Both the position numbers and the translations under genes were made by a program. The notes under the pieces are model-generated. The model made no database searches. It saw only the letters and a list, made by a program, of their open reading frames with translations, and was not told where the DNA came from. 64,000 bases of DNA from Chlorokybus atmophyticus (lineage: Eukaryota; Plantae; Mesostigma and Chlorokybus algae), in NCBI GenBank assembly GCA_009103225.1, contig RHPI01003041.1, forward strand, positions 329,439-393,438, written 5' to 3'. Positions 21,331 to 35,300 of the stretch are shown piece by piece (position 1 is the first letter of the stretch; each line of letters opens with the position of its first letter).

Positions 21331-21980
21331 CCTTCCTTATAAGGTAGCAGCAAGTGATAGATACCCTTGTGCTTAATGGGCAGGCGGTTGTTTGTTTAGA
21401 CTATGGCCCTCATAGGATTGTGTTGTATATGATAATTAAAAATATGCGTGTGACATAGGTGCCTTGAGCAATGCTCTTTCCAACAAAGATGTATTTCATA
21501 CTAGAGATGAGCCAGCCGTAGATAGCTTACTCGTGTGATTTCCAATAACATCACTAGAATCGCTAATGAACAACACACACCAACCTCAACACGACCAGGG
21601 GACATTGCCATACAGCACCATGCATAGCATCAACTTATACCCATTGTTGCAACAGTCCATGCTAACGCAATATGGCCGTCATAATCCACTCAGCAGCCTG
21701 CTCTCCTAGGCAACCAATTGTGATGTCAATGCAAGAAGTGTTTCAAAAGTAAACAGTGACATGGCACAATCGCGCTGTGCTTCATACATCGACGGGTCCT
21801 TGAAGTGTATATCAATCTCTAAAGTGCTAGAGTGTGTGTTCGAAGATGTCATCGCAATCGCACATGTCGAGCAGACATTGCATGCAAGACAGCCGAGACT
21901 GATGTCCACAGTGATACCTCCTCTCGCTGCCAACCAATGCATCAACACTTGCACTCCTAAACAATGTGTACAATTACATG

Positions 21981-24900
21981 TCAAAAAGGACAGTCAAGCA
22001 GATAAGGCCTACTGCTGCCATTCAAACCCTCCAACTCGTTACGCCGATCGATGCCTGATGTGCTTACTCCTCGTTGCTGTTGTTGTGCTTGTGCTTGTGC
22101 CTGTTGTGGTTGTTCTTGTTCTTGTTGTAGTGGTGGTTGTGATGCTCGTGGTCGTGCTTGTCGTGCTTTGCGCGCTTTTGGTGCTTGTTGTGGTTGTTGT
22201 GCTTGTGCTTGTGCTTGTTCCTCCTGTGGTTGTGGTTGTTCTTGTTCTTGTGGTGGTGGTTGTGCTCGTCGTCGTGCTTTGCGCGCTGTTGGTGCTTGTT
22301 GTTCTTCTTCTTGTTCCTCCTCTTCTTGTGAGCTCAAAACAGACGACGTCGCAGGGGACGAAGAAGAAGACGAAGAAGAAGAGGGGGAAGGAGAGTCTTC
22401 TTCTGGTGCGCGTGTTTTGCGTGTGCGAAGGGCAGAGCCGAAGCTACGATGCCGCCCGTCCGCCTTGGATAACACAGGCAGACCTGCGCTTGCCATCTCT
22501 TGGATAATAAGCTTCTCCAGCTGGCGAGCAGAACTCTTGCCATAATCACCATCTGCGTGACACAACACGTCAGTCAGACGCACACACAAACACGCCCACC
22601 TACAGATATGCACAAGCACACACACGTGTGCGCAAACACACACGCGCAAACGCACACACACACACACACGTGCGCAAACACATGCACACATACACTGTCA
22701 ATTCTGCCGATGTGAGGTGAACAATGGGTGATTGGATGCAGTGTAAGAGTTGTGGAAGCTTTTGCATACCTGACAACGCAATGTATGTACAGGATGTCCA
22801 CTTCTTGAGACGGCTTTTGGAGTGCGTCTTCAGTCGCGTCGCCAAGTCGTCCGTCTGCATGACACACGACAGAGTGAGTCAATTCTGAGTTGAGATGCGA
22901 CAATAGATCCTTGCGATGCGTGATGGACTCATACACTGAGAGTGCTTGTGACAAAGCGCTTGCTCACATGCGTGACCACGCTCGCGCAGACACACGCGCA
23001 CACATGCCCAAGCAAACTCAGACACACCCACGAACAGGAACGTGCTTCCCGCAACATAACACACCCACTTTACATCAACTGCATGTGCTATGTGCTACAC
23101 GCAAGAGTCTCCAACCCCCCCTCTCACCTCCCCGCAGTAGAACTTCCCCCCCGTCGTCATCAGCACGTACACGCAGGAGCTCCCCCTGCTCTGCGGCGGA
23201 GGGGCGTGACGCGCTGTGACGAGGCGACGCAGCTCGGGCATCGACGAGAGAGCGTGAGAGGAATGTTGGAGGACGCGGAGGAGGCAGGACTCGGCGTCCG
23301 ACATGCTGTAGCGAAGCTCGCCTGGTACAGCAAACACATACGTAAGCAACTATCGTAGGGCTCAACTTCAATTAGGCCCTTGTCAGTGATGTGCGTCATG
23401 CGTGCATGTACGTGTGCGTGTGAGGGGCACACAATCACACATGAATGTGTGAGAGTGTATGCGTGTCAATGTGAGCGTGAGTGTGAGTATGCGAGTGTGC
23501 GTGTTGTGTTGCATAGTCACCTTCGCTTTGTGAGGTGGATGTTGAGGCCTCCGGGCTTTCATTTAGTGTGGGAAGAAAGGTGCTGAAGGAGTTGACAGCG
23601 GCGGCGTTGGAGATGTTATGGGTAAGAGTCGTATGGTTGAAGCCGTTGAGGTGAGTAGTAGTGGTAGCAGGAGTTGTTACAGAGTGAGTAGTAGCAGGAG
23701 TTGTCACGGAGGGGGTAGTAGTGTCAGTCGCCTTGCTGGTAGAGTAAGGGGCAATATGTTGAGACGAGACCATGATCGCGTAAAACTCCTCGGCTGCACG
23801 AAGAACATCCTCCGGCATGTCATGCTCCTGCACAAAAACACACAAACATATAAGCCCACAAGAGCCCACAAGCACACACAGGCGCACACGCGCACGCGCA
23901 CGCTCACACGGTCACAGCCACACACATGAGTGTGTGTGGGCGTATACACACATGCACATTACAACTCATAACAACTCTCACACTCACACAGACCCACTTA
24001 CCCACGCGCATACTCACATGTCCAGGAAGCAGTGTTAAACCTTATGCCCATACCCACACGCATACGCACACGTACATGAAGCAGATGTGTTGCTTGTGCG
24101 CACACTCACACACGTACAACAAAAATTGCCAACTTCATCTCTACAACTCCTCCTTTCCTGCCCACCCGTACCTCTGCGCATTCGAACGCGAGGCTATCGC
24201 AGCTCTCCCCCTCGACGATCCTCCACGTGGGTCTCCTTTTAACCCTCTCTCCCCCTCCCCCGGGACTCCTCACCGTCACCTCCTCGATCTCCATCGCCAT
24301 GCGCTTCAGACGCGTCGTCTTCATCGGCAAGGTGAGGAGGCCGTGGAGGTGGGTCGCAAAGATACCCATGCAACCACTGCGTGGGGAGTAGAACTACTTC
24401 AGATAACGGATGCAAGCACAAATACACGCACACACGCACACATGCATATGCACACATGCAGTTGTGCGCGTGCGCGTGTGCGTGCATGTGCGTGGGAATG
24501 TGCACATGCGTGAACTAAAACGTACACTCGCAACGGACACAAGTGCATCGCATCTGTGTGTGTCCGTGTGCGCACATGCTCAAACACGCGCACAGACACT
24601 CACGCACTCAGATACACGCGCGCGCTCACACACTCAGCTACGTGCCCACACCCACATCCCCAACCCCACAAAGAGAAACACCCCCCCAAACTCACATCTG
24701 GTCCAGCTTCTGCAGCGCCCCCCCCGCAATCGCCGTCCCCGCCCCCACCTCCGTCCCATTCCCAAACTCATCCACGAAGACCAAACTCCTCCCGCTCGCA
24801 TTCTTCAACACCGTCCCCATGCTCTTGCAGTCTTCCGCGTACGTGCTCTTCGCCTCCGCGGGGGAGTCGATGCCGGCGCCCTTGCGGAGGAAAAAGGAGT

Positions 24901-27900
24901 CGAAGCGGGGGACGAGAGTGCCCGGGGAGGCCGGGACGAAGAGACCGCAGTTGGCTAAGAGGGAGAGGGCGCAGGTGGAGCGGGCGATCGTGGACTTGCC
25001 GGCCATGTTGGCACCTGGGAGGATAGACCGTGGCAACACATGTCAGCGCATGTAAGTACCAGTGTGTGCATGCGTGCGTTTGCGCATGCACCTACTAGTA
25101 CGCAACGTTCACACGCTTGTGCATGCACGGCGTGCATACGCACTGCATGTCACCTGATCAAAGGAGGCATGCATACGCATATGCATATCTGTGTGCGTGT
25201 GTGAGGGTACACAAGCACACAGATACCGTGTTTAATTGCGCACACACACAGTACGCATGCACGTAGCATGCGCGCATACAATGATATGTGCACGCAGAAA
25301 CGCACGGGCGCGCGTGCACGCACACGCTCACACACGACCACACCCACACCCACCCACACGCATCCTCCTCACCCGTGAGCAGCACCATCCCGTCCACCTC
25401 GAAGCTATTCTCCACCGTCCTAGTACTCTCCCTCGCCATCCAATACGGCGTGAGTCCCACCACCTTCATCCTCCTCCCTTCATCCCCCACATTCCCCCCT
25501 CCCACCCCACCCAACTCACCCCACCCGCCCAACTCAGGGATACACCACCCCCTCGCAATCGCCTCATCCACATGGAGCCTCAACGCCTTGGCGATGGTAC
25601 AAAACATGGCGGCCGTGACCAACACAGTCATGTTGGCGTCGCACTTGCACGCGAGGGAGCGGAGGTGTTGTTTCACGGAAGAGTGGGCGTCGTCGGTGGA
25701 TTTCAAGTAGGAGAGGAGAGTGTCTTGCACGCGTAATGTGGTCCAGCGGTCGATCACGGGCTTGCCGAAACGGTCGTCGGGGTGGACGAAGTACGGCTGG
25801 CCGGGCTGGTGTTGGGTCTGCGTGATAAGAGTGGGGGTGTGGTGAGTTGTATTGGGTGTGCTGAAAGCAGCACAAGACATAGCGCGCAGCAAGACGTGAT
25901 GTGCTAGTATGTGTGGAAGCTGGCGCCAAGCTGTGTGCGCACGCGCACATATGTGTTTGCTTGATCATATGCGCACACACACGTACACTTACACACCCAC
26001 ACCCACACGCTAACATGCGCGTGTGCATGTGTGTGTGCGCACATGCATGTGTGCGTGTTCTCCACATAAGGTACTCATTTATGCACACCACCCATGCCAT
26101 GCTCTCAATGACGGCAATTGGTGCAAACCAAGTCGACCAGCTGTCACACATACCCACTCCCACTCCTCTCTCTCACCTGCAATGGGCTATGCCTCATCTT
26201 CCCTTTGAGCGCCAGGAAGCTATCTCTGTTATCATACACGAACTCCAGCTTGGCCGCCCCTTTCCCCGTGCCAACCGCATTCAAACTCAACATGGGCAAC
26301 AAGTCCTCTTGCACGGCCTCAACGAGGTCCTGCGCCCGCCGCGCCACGTTGGCGTACTCCTCCGCCAACACGTCCTTCCTAACCTGCCCGCGGAACTTCT
26401 CCGACGACGCAAACAACTCATCTAAAGCAGCTATCCCTCTTTCCGTTGGCTCGTCAACATTGTCGCTGTTGTCGTTGTTGCTATTGAAGTTATTGTTGTT
26501 GTTGTTGTAGCTGTTGTTGTGTCGGTAGCACATACCCACATCGATGCCCGGCACGACAGCAGCGATAGTGCTCGCTAGAGAAAAACATCCTTCGAGTAGT
26601 TCCGATTGACCTACGGAGATGCCCGTCTCGAGCACGGTCGGTTTCAACAATCGGCTCCCAAGATCGCGTAGTTCGGGTGTCTGGAGCATCGTGCGCACGG
26701 CGTCGCAGATCTCGGCGATCTCGACGAAGACGGATGCGCTCGCCTCACGCGCTTTCAACACCTGTGCGGGAGAAGTGTTGGTGATGCGTGTGGTAATGTG
26801 TAAAGCAACAATGTTGGAATGTTGGAAATGGCAAAAGACAGCTTGACTGGCTGCTAATAATTGTAAGTACTGAGTTAGGAAGGGCCACTGACACACACAC
26901 ACACACACACGCGCACAAACGCACTTGCGCCACGCACACAAGCGCGCACGCACGACACTGCTGTACGCATGTCAGCCTTGGGAACCACCAATACACAGCA
27001 CACGGGCACCTGCATGCACACACGAGCGCACACACCCAACACCCCACCACTCACCTGCACCAATCTGGGCGCCGCATAGCACGGGAAATCCGGCACCGGC
27101 ACCTCCACATCCCTCAGCCTCCTGCACACGTCCTGTATGGCGTCCGCGACGTCGTACGGCGGCGGGCTGAGCACCAGCCTCTCGAGGTAGCGCGTGCAGA
27201 GCGCGGGGGGGATGGGATGAGAGGTGCGGACGAGGGAGGAGACGAGGGGGGGCACGCCGGGGGAGGGGCGGAGGCCGCGCAGGGGGATGCCGATCTCTGA
27301 TGATGGGATGAAACAGACGCATCAATGTGTGTGCGTGTGCGCGGGTAAACGCGCGCGTGACGATGTGAGAACAGCGCGCGCGCGTGTGCGCGAGTGTGCA
27401 TGTGTACGTGTGTGAGTGCATGTGATGCACTGTGCAGGGCGTATGCATACACGTGCGGGACACGACCATGCTGTACTGGATACTGTACTGGGAATTGCAC
27501 ACTTATCGCATGGATATGGGCATGCGCACACACGCGCAAACGCGTGCACACGCATGCACAAATGCAGACACGCACGCGCGAATGCACCTGTCGATTGAGC
27601 CCGTTTTTACAAGAGCATACATGCATACACCTTGCATATGACCAGTTCAACACGCATGCACTCATGTGGACATGCACAGATGCCCACACAACATCGCTGC
27701 ACCTTGTGCTGTGGACACGTGCAGCGGGCTCGGCCGGCCCTCCTGGCAGACGGATATCGGCGTGAACTCCCCCTCCAAGCTAAGGTCCTCCTTGACCTAC
27801 AATAGTTACAATCTCAGTGCTACTCAGTTCAACACGATGTCCATCACATCTGCCAATATATATTGCCACGTTACCTCTCTGCGCAGCTCTTCGTGAAAGG

Positions 27901-30900
27901 ATGGACGGACGTGGTGCAGCGAGGAAGGGTCTCCGTAACGCACGCTCTCAAACTCCAGAGACATGAGCTCCAGCGCGCTGCCCTGCCATTGCACTGCAAA
28001 CACACGCACACACAATCTGGTGTGTCAACAGCAGCAGGAGGACACAAATGTGTGCACATGCTTGTGCGCGTGTGTGGAAGACTGAAAAAGAGGCCCAAAA
28101 AGTCGCCGATGATGAGGAACAATGTTTGCATTGATCGCATACCAATACTTCTATGAATCAATGCTCACTACACACGGGCTTGCATGCATGCGTGCACGCA
28201 TTCAACCATGTGCACACACATGCGCGAAACTGCACAGTGACCATATTCGATGTGCGTGCGCGCGCGCGCGCACATCATATATAGTCACTGTGCAATTTCA
28301 AATACATAATTGTATTGCACTAAACAGCAGAACTGTTGCAACTCTCTACAAGTACCTGAGGCAGCCCGGTCGAAGAGCGAGGCGTGCAGGCGCAGAGGCG
28401 GAGAGAACCCGTTCGCGTGCAGGCGCGCGAGGACGGCCTCCGCGGTGATCCCCTCGCGCAGCGCCCACTGACGACTCTCCGCCCACACCTCGCAGACACT
28501 GTACCTGCGAACCGACAACACGCCAACCACATCAACACCAAGACGGTATCAGAGAAACAGACACGCACGGACGCACACAGGTGCGCACACACATGCATGC
28601 AAACAAACCTACGCATATGGAGGCACGTGTGTGCGCGCCCGTGCGTGTGCACACGCACACGCACGGGTGCACACGCGTGCATGCGCGCGCATGCATGCGT
28701 CGATGCATGCGGGCGTGCACCTGCACACACGCATGCACGCAAACACACCACTGCCATGACGATGACGGTGTTGACAGTGCTACTGCTGCTGACGATACTC
28801 ATGTGGTGGTTGTAGTTCATCATAAAAACGTTTTGTTTTTCTTGTTGTTGTTGCATACCCTCGTACGCCCGCGGCAATGGCCACAATCGGCGGCGACGGT
28901 TCGTAGTCCGGTTCCCTCCCCTCGTCGAGCAGTCCGTACGTGTATACGGGGAGCGCGGGCGTGACGACCCCGCTGACGAAACGCTGCTTGGCCTTGCCGA
29001 GACGCACCATCTCGCGCGGCTCGGAGACCTCCTCGACGACAACCTGCGCTGTGCAGCATCAGAGTCACGACAAGCACGGCACGAGATTACACACGCATGA
29101 TACATGTTGTTGCATGCATGCACGCGCACAAGCACAGTGCATGCATGCGTGCGTCTGCGTGCGTGTGTGCGGACACGCCTATGCAATCATTCATACATGT
29201 GCGCGTACATGAATCTCTGCCTGCATGCGTGTACGTGTGTGCACACGTATCCGTCAACCAGCAGACATGCGCATGTGATAAACATCGATGTGTGTATCAC
29301 ACTGAGGAGAGAGATTTGCCTACCACCGACAGTCCCTCCTCCACCAGGTCCTCGATCGTCCTCCTCAAGTTGCCCCTTGGACACCCCGCCCTCGGCACCC
29401 CCGCCGTCCCCATCGGGTTCAGCCCCGCGTGCTGGACGAGGAGGACCGCGTCGAAACCCATGGTCTCGAAGAACTCGCCGACGCGCATGAGGATGACCTG
29501 GCGGGGAGGGAGAATGAGTGAGCAAGTGAATGAGCGAGTGCGTGAGAGAGTGAGTAAGTGAGCCGTGGATGAAAGATTGGATGGATGGATGGATGAGCAA
29601 CCAGTGAATGAGTGAGTGAAGTGATGGATTCAACGACTCGATGAGCGAATGGCCAGAGGAATGTGTAGTAACATGACTGCATGATTGAAGGAATCAACCC
29701 TTGAATCACCCCGTGAATCACTGATTCAGTGAAATGAATGAAGACTCAGTGTCTTGCCTTGTATGGGTGTTTGAGCTTGAGGTCGTATCGGTACTGGTAG
29801 AGTCCTGTCTTGGCGGTGCTGACGCCCTTCAGCTTCACGTTCACGCCCAGAAGGTTTGAGTTGTCCAAACGGGGTAGCATCTGAAGGAGAACACAACCAA
29901 GGGGACTGAGCCGAGTGTTGCATTGAGAGGAAACGAACCGCAGCGAAACATAATGTGTGCATATTGTGTGTATGCATCACAAAGGGCACTGTTGCAACAT
30001 GCGTCTGTACGTACGGTTCATATATGTATGCATGTATGCATGTGCATTAGTGCATATGTAGTGCATGTGCATTAGTGCATATGTGTCTGTGTGTTCCACA
30101 CTGCATGCTAGCATGCACATGTGCATGCAAGCATGTTGCCATGTGTCTGCGTGTGTGCATACGCGTGTGTACGCGTTTGCACACATATGCACATGCGCCC
30201 GCGTAAGTGCACATACACATATAGGCGTTTACCTACACAACACGCACGCACACGTTGACCCTGTCCCTTCCCAAAACAAACAACCTGCAATGCGGATGGC
30301 TTATCGACCCTCTCCATCCGTTCCTGGAAGTACGCGATGCTCTGTCTCGTGATGGCGCGGACCTGCTGCGCCGACAGCGCATCCATCGCGGCGTCGTCCG
30401 CTGCGTCGTCATCCGCTTCATTGATGTCGGGGGCGGCGATGGAAGCGCGGGCGGACGTCGCGATGCTGTTAGTGAGGAGTTTGGGGGTCCTGAGGGTGGA
30501 TGGGAGTAAATGTTGTATGCGGGTGGGTGTAAATGCGAGTGTGCATATGCAATTTCGTGTGGGCATGTATACAAGCGTCTGGAATCGCGTGTGCGTGTTC
30601 GTCTGTGCTTCTGTGCCCGTGCGCGAACGTGTACGTGTGTAATTGTATATGTGTGCATTCATGCGCTATGTCTATGCAAGAGTGCATGGACAGCGTAGCA
30701 TGTGTACATGCTACGCTGTACTGAGAACAAGGTGACCTGACCAAATGCAGATCGTGCATGCAATCCACGCACAGATGAATCAGTCTTGACTCCACACACA
30801 GCTAACTCACTAACTCAGAAACCAACCGTTCATGCTCAACAACCCACCCTCGCTCACTGCACTCAGCAATGCCCACATAGCAAGCATGACATGCGCTTGT

Positions 30901-31325
30901 TGCGCATCACAATGCATTGCAACAACAGCAGCAACACACACTTACTTGGCTGAAGCAGCCATCGATGGAGACTTTGCATGCGTGACGAATGTGCGTAGAG
31001 GCGGAATGGAGGCAGCACATACACATGGTGAAGAAGGATGAATACTACTGTTGCTATTGCTACTGCTAAGCAAGCAAGAGGCTTGCCATCCAGCTGGCGG
31101 CGGCGGCGGCGGCGGCAGCTGGGAGAGTCGGAGGCGGCGTAGGCGCAGCAGTTGCTGGCGCAGCAATGGCGGGCCCATCATGGCAGCAGTTGTTGGGGCA
31201 TTGGCCGACATGGACGGAGACGTCAAGGTCAAGGACAGCGGCAAGGACAAGGAGGACGACAGGAATGTCGGCCCAGACCAGGCCAAGGCGCCCGTGCGGC
31301 CGCCCGCAGCCACTTGCCTCATCAA
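21981..31325 (-). CDS. MSH1: MutS homolog 1 (organellar MSH1 with C-terminal GIY-YIG endonuclease domain), multi-exon
   Basis: Transit-peptide-like first exon (31325-30948), then YFQERMERVDKPSALQ, RLDNSNLLG, ILMRVGEFFETMGFDAVLLVQHAGLNPMG...PRAGCP..NLRRTIEDL and RFVSGVVTPALPVYTYGL. Walker A GANMAGKST, then DSPAEAKSTY, LVFVDEFGNGTE and GIFATHLHGLL. GIY-YIG segment SCVYVL...KFYCGETDDLATRLKTH. C-terminal GKSSARQLEKLII...ADGRHRSFG. Confidence 0.96.
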
Positions 31326-31805
31326 CCATGCAGCGAGGAAGCAGCAGGAGGAAGAGGACTAGACTGACTGATTCCGCATTCCACCGCTCTCATCGCCTAA
31401 TCTGATCCTTGCAAGCAATGCCGCCTACACCGTCAACCACATTCCCGCCATCTTTCCGCCGCGGCCGCTGCTGCTGCTTTATCCAATTGCTGATATCCGC
31501 AACCGATCAGTCTAATGCCGGCTGTTCTACTGACTGTCACAGGCAAAACAGCAGATATCACGCTCAGCACGATATTGAGTTACACAGCATTCTCTTATAC
31601 GCATATGATTGTATATATGCGGTATTGACGCGCCGTCTGCATGTGGCTATAAGCGCAATGCGGGTATATAAGCATACTCCCTATAAGCAAACTTTTGCTG
31701 TAAGCATTGCTCTGGGCGGCGGCGGCGGCGGCGGCGTTGGTGGCGTTGCTGGTGGTGGCGGCGGCGGGGCTGGCCCACAGGGTGGTGAGTTGATGAGTGG
31801 TGAAT

Positions 31806-32290
31806 ATGGCGAAGGGTGGCGGCAAGAAGAAGGCGAAGAAGCGTGGTCTCGGTGTGGATTGGGCCAAGGCCAAGAGCAAGGTCGGGCGGAAGCTGCCGGC
31901 GGCGAACAACTCAACTGACACGGGATTCAAGGTGGGTCTGTTGTGTACGGTGTATATGTTTGTGTATATTGTGTATGTTGTGTATGCTGTGTATGCAGTT
32001 ATCGTTGTGTATGTAATGCCTGTTGTTTTCGAGTTTGGGTGTCTCTGTGTTAAACATGAGCAGCCTGTTTTATGCGCGCTTGTTGCAGTTTAAACAGTCA
32101 TTCGCCGAATCACGCGTTCAATCGTTTAACTCTGTTCTCGTTGACCTATATGGAAAATAAAGCTTGAGCATGGACGGTCTCCTCATCCATGCCTGTATTG
32201 CAAAGCAGCTAAGGTGGCAAAAACCAGCGCTAATTGTGGGCAATGCCTGTGAGTTGGCGTGTACCATCTGTTACAAGTCTGTTCGTTTAT

Positions 32291-32332
<42 letters not shown>

Positions 32333-35300
32333 CTTCCTCTCCCCCTCCCTCGCAGTCCCGTTCCCTCCTCCTCCCCTCCCAATCCATCTCCAAGTCCCGC
32401 TCCCTCCCTTCCCTCCTCTCCCTCCTCTCCCACCACTCCGCTCTCACCCGAAAGGAAGCCCTCTCCTCCCTCTCCTCCACCCTCTCCTCCCTCAACTCCT
32501 CCAGCACAACGTCAACAACTGCCTCCACTACGATGGGTGAGGTGGCGTGTGTGGTCAGCGAGAGGGTGAGCGACGTGGATGCCGGGGTGAGGAGGGTCGC
32601 GATAGGAGTGATGGTGAAGACGGTGCTGCCGGGGGTGGGGGAGAGAGCTATGGCGCCGCATATGCCGCTGCTGGCGCTGCAGGTGAGGAGTGGGTGGGNN
32701 NNNNNNNNNNNNNNNNNNNNNNNNNNNNNNNNNNNNNNNNNNNNNNNNNNNNNNNNNNNNNNNNNNNNNNNNNNNNNNNNNNNNNNNNNNNNNNNNNNNN
32801 NNNNNNNNNNNNNNNNNNNNNNNNNNNNNNNNNNNNNNNNNNNNNNNNNNNNNNNNNNNNNNNNNNNNNNNNNNNNNNNNNNNNNNNNNNNNNNNNNNNN
32901 NNNNNNNNNNNNNNNNNNNNNNNNNNNNNNNNNNNNNNNNNNNNNNNNNNNNNNNNNNNNNNNNNNNNNNNNNNNNNNNNNNNNNNNNNNNNNNNNNNNN
33001 NNNNNNNNNNNNNNNNNNNNNNNGGGTGTGGGTGGGTGGGGGGGGGCGAACGTGTGCGCGCATGTGCACACGTATATGGCGATGCGGTAATGTGGGTGTG
33101 TATGCACACGAGCTTGTGCGCGCGTTCGTATATATGCATGTGTGTCCGTGTGCATGTGTGCATCTGTGCATGCGCTTATTCATGTATGTGTGCATGCGCA
33201 TTGGCACATGCACACACATGCACGTGGCGTGGGGCACACACACACACACGCACGCACGCACTCATTTTAATGTATATGTTTGCCAGTTTGTGTCATGCGT
33301 GCGGCACATTCTCGCGCACCCACGTGCAAGCGTCATGCAAGCACAGGCATATGTGTAGTAGCAAGCATTGACGTGTATGTGCGTTTTCCATGTACACATA
33401 TTCATACGCATGCATTAACTGTGCTGATAACTAGGTTGAAGCAAATCAGCGCTCAGATTATTGTGCATGTCAGGTGTGTGGAGCTTTGGCCAACACTGCA
33501 GCACCCGTTCGCGCGGACGCCGTCACCCTCGCCACCGAGCTTGTCGAGCGCTTCCCCCGCCTCATCACGCCATCACTCTCACAACAGGCAAAACATACAC
33601 ATATACAACACACACACACAACATGTTCTTCATACCGCAAACGTCCACGCAACTGCCTGAATGTCCGACAATGTGCAGTTAATCGGGCATTTTGTGGCGC
33701 TGTTAACCGGGAACCGCACCACTCAACGCAGCCCCTCGCAGCTGGTTAAGACTGCGGTTGCACTGCGCCGGACTCTAACCGCGTTGTACCCGAGCGCGAC
33801 AGACACACATATGCACACACAAACAAACACGCAACAGCAACATGTGGCGCCAAAGTTGATGTGGAGACCACAGCTGACCGTGACGCTGATGTCGATGAGG
33901 ACTGTGCCAGCTGCTTCGTCTTCTTCTTTGAGTGAAGGGCAATCTGTGCATGAAGCAGAAAGCGACCTGAGCTCCCTCCCACAACAGGTAAGCATCGTCA
34001 TCTAATCAACACTTATGTGTGCGTGTACATGTCATGCGTGCGTGTGCAGGTGCGCATGCACGCACGCGCACCTGTGCGTGCACACGCTCTCACGCTGTCC
34101 CGCTCACAAGCACGAGCACGGGCAAAAACGCACGCACGCACACAGGCGCGCGCGCACGCACACGCACACGTCCACATGCATGCCCCCCCCCAGGTCCTCC
34201 CCGTCCTCCTCCAGTGCTGGCTCGACTCCCTCCCCTTCGCCCTCGGTCCCGCCCCCGAGTCGGACGCCCTGCGCGTGATGAAAGAGGCGATGCTGACTCT
34301 GGCATTCCTACTCCGATCAAGGAATGCATCAACGTTACCGGCCTCGGTGCAGCAGAGCGTGCAGGTGTTTGCTGTGAAGGTGATGGGGCAGTTCCCGCTG
34401 TGCGCGCCGCACAGTAACAAGGTGAGAGAGACTGCGTGTGTGTGCTCATGAGCGCGTGTGGACATGTAGGCATGCGCGTGCGTGCGCGAGAGCGTGTCAG
34501 CAAGGCATGCATGCGTGCCTGTGTGCATGCACGCATGTGGAGTGCAAGGGTGTGGGGTAAATTTAGGAGGTGCACGGGTGTGTGCGCGTGCCAGCGCGCG
34601 TAAATGTGTGCTTGCGGGCGTATTCATGTGCGTGTCCCTCAGTTACATATACATTGCTGTTGCAGTTTGTGGATGAGATTGTCGACATCAACATGGCTGT
34701 CTCCGAGGCCGCCGCATTGCTCCTCCCCCACATCTCTGACCCTTCCCAAGCCAATTCCTGCGCCAGCCGCGTCCTTTACTACCTTTCATCCGCCCTCCAA
34801 GGCGTTGTTTTACCTGCTGCGGGTGATCTAGACACCGACACGCATTATGACATCGCTTCCGAAAAATTCGTTAATCTTATGCCCAAGATTCTCCAGACGG
34901 CCCTGCTGGTTATAAGAATACTGCCTTCATCGCACCCGCAAAGGGAAGGCTTTTGTGAGGTGTTTAGTGGGGTATGGGAGCAATGCGGGGCGCTGTCGCC
35001 TGCGCTCGAGGCCATGTTGGGTTACGTGTCGGCAGCGAGGGAGTTGGTAACGCCGTCCGTGGTGGCGAGGTGGGTGAGGTCGGTCCCGAGGCTGCTGTGG
35101 CAGCTGAAAGGGAACCAGCCGGCAAGGAGCGAAGCGCTGCTGCAGCTGTTGCTGGAGGTAAAGGGCACTTGGTTGGTGCATGTACACACGCACAGGTTGG
35201 ACAGGCACAAGATCACATGTGTGCACACTTCAATTTAGACACGCACGTGTGTATACGTGTGAGTTCGCGTGCATGCGTGCGTGCGTGTGTGCACGTACAC

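Larger units (their letters stand above)
17242..22363. repeat. Tandem segmental duplication, copy B (interrupted by a retrotransposon; its right end is the real MSH1 3' end)
   Basis: Begins with a copy of the SPR1-like last-exon tail (NDTFKQDAGPPRSTLGGVRKPSGGGSSFG). The junction has CGAAG microhomology at 17242-17246. Confidence 0.92.

Noticed and set aside
32271-33371. Long ORFs spanning X runs (also 2847-3308 and 40986-41396)
   Set aside because: They are open only because N bases contain no stop codons.
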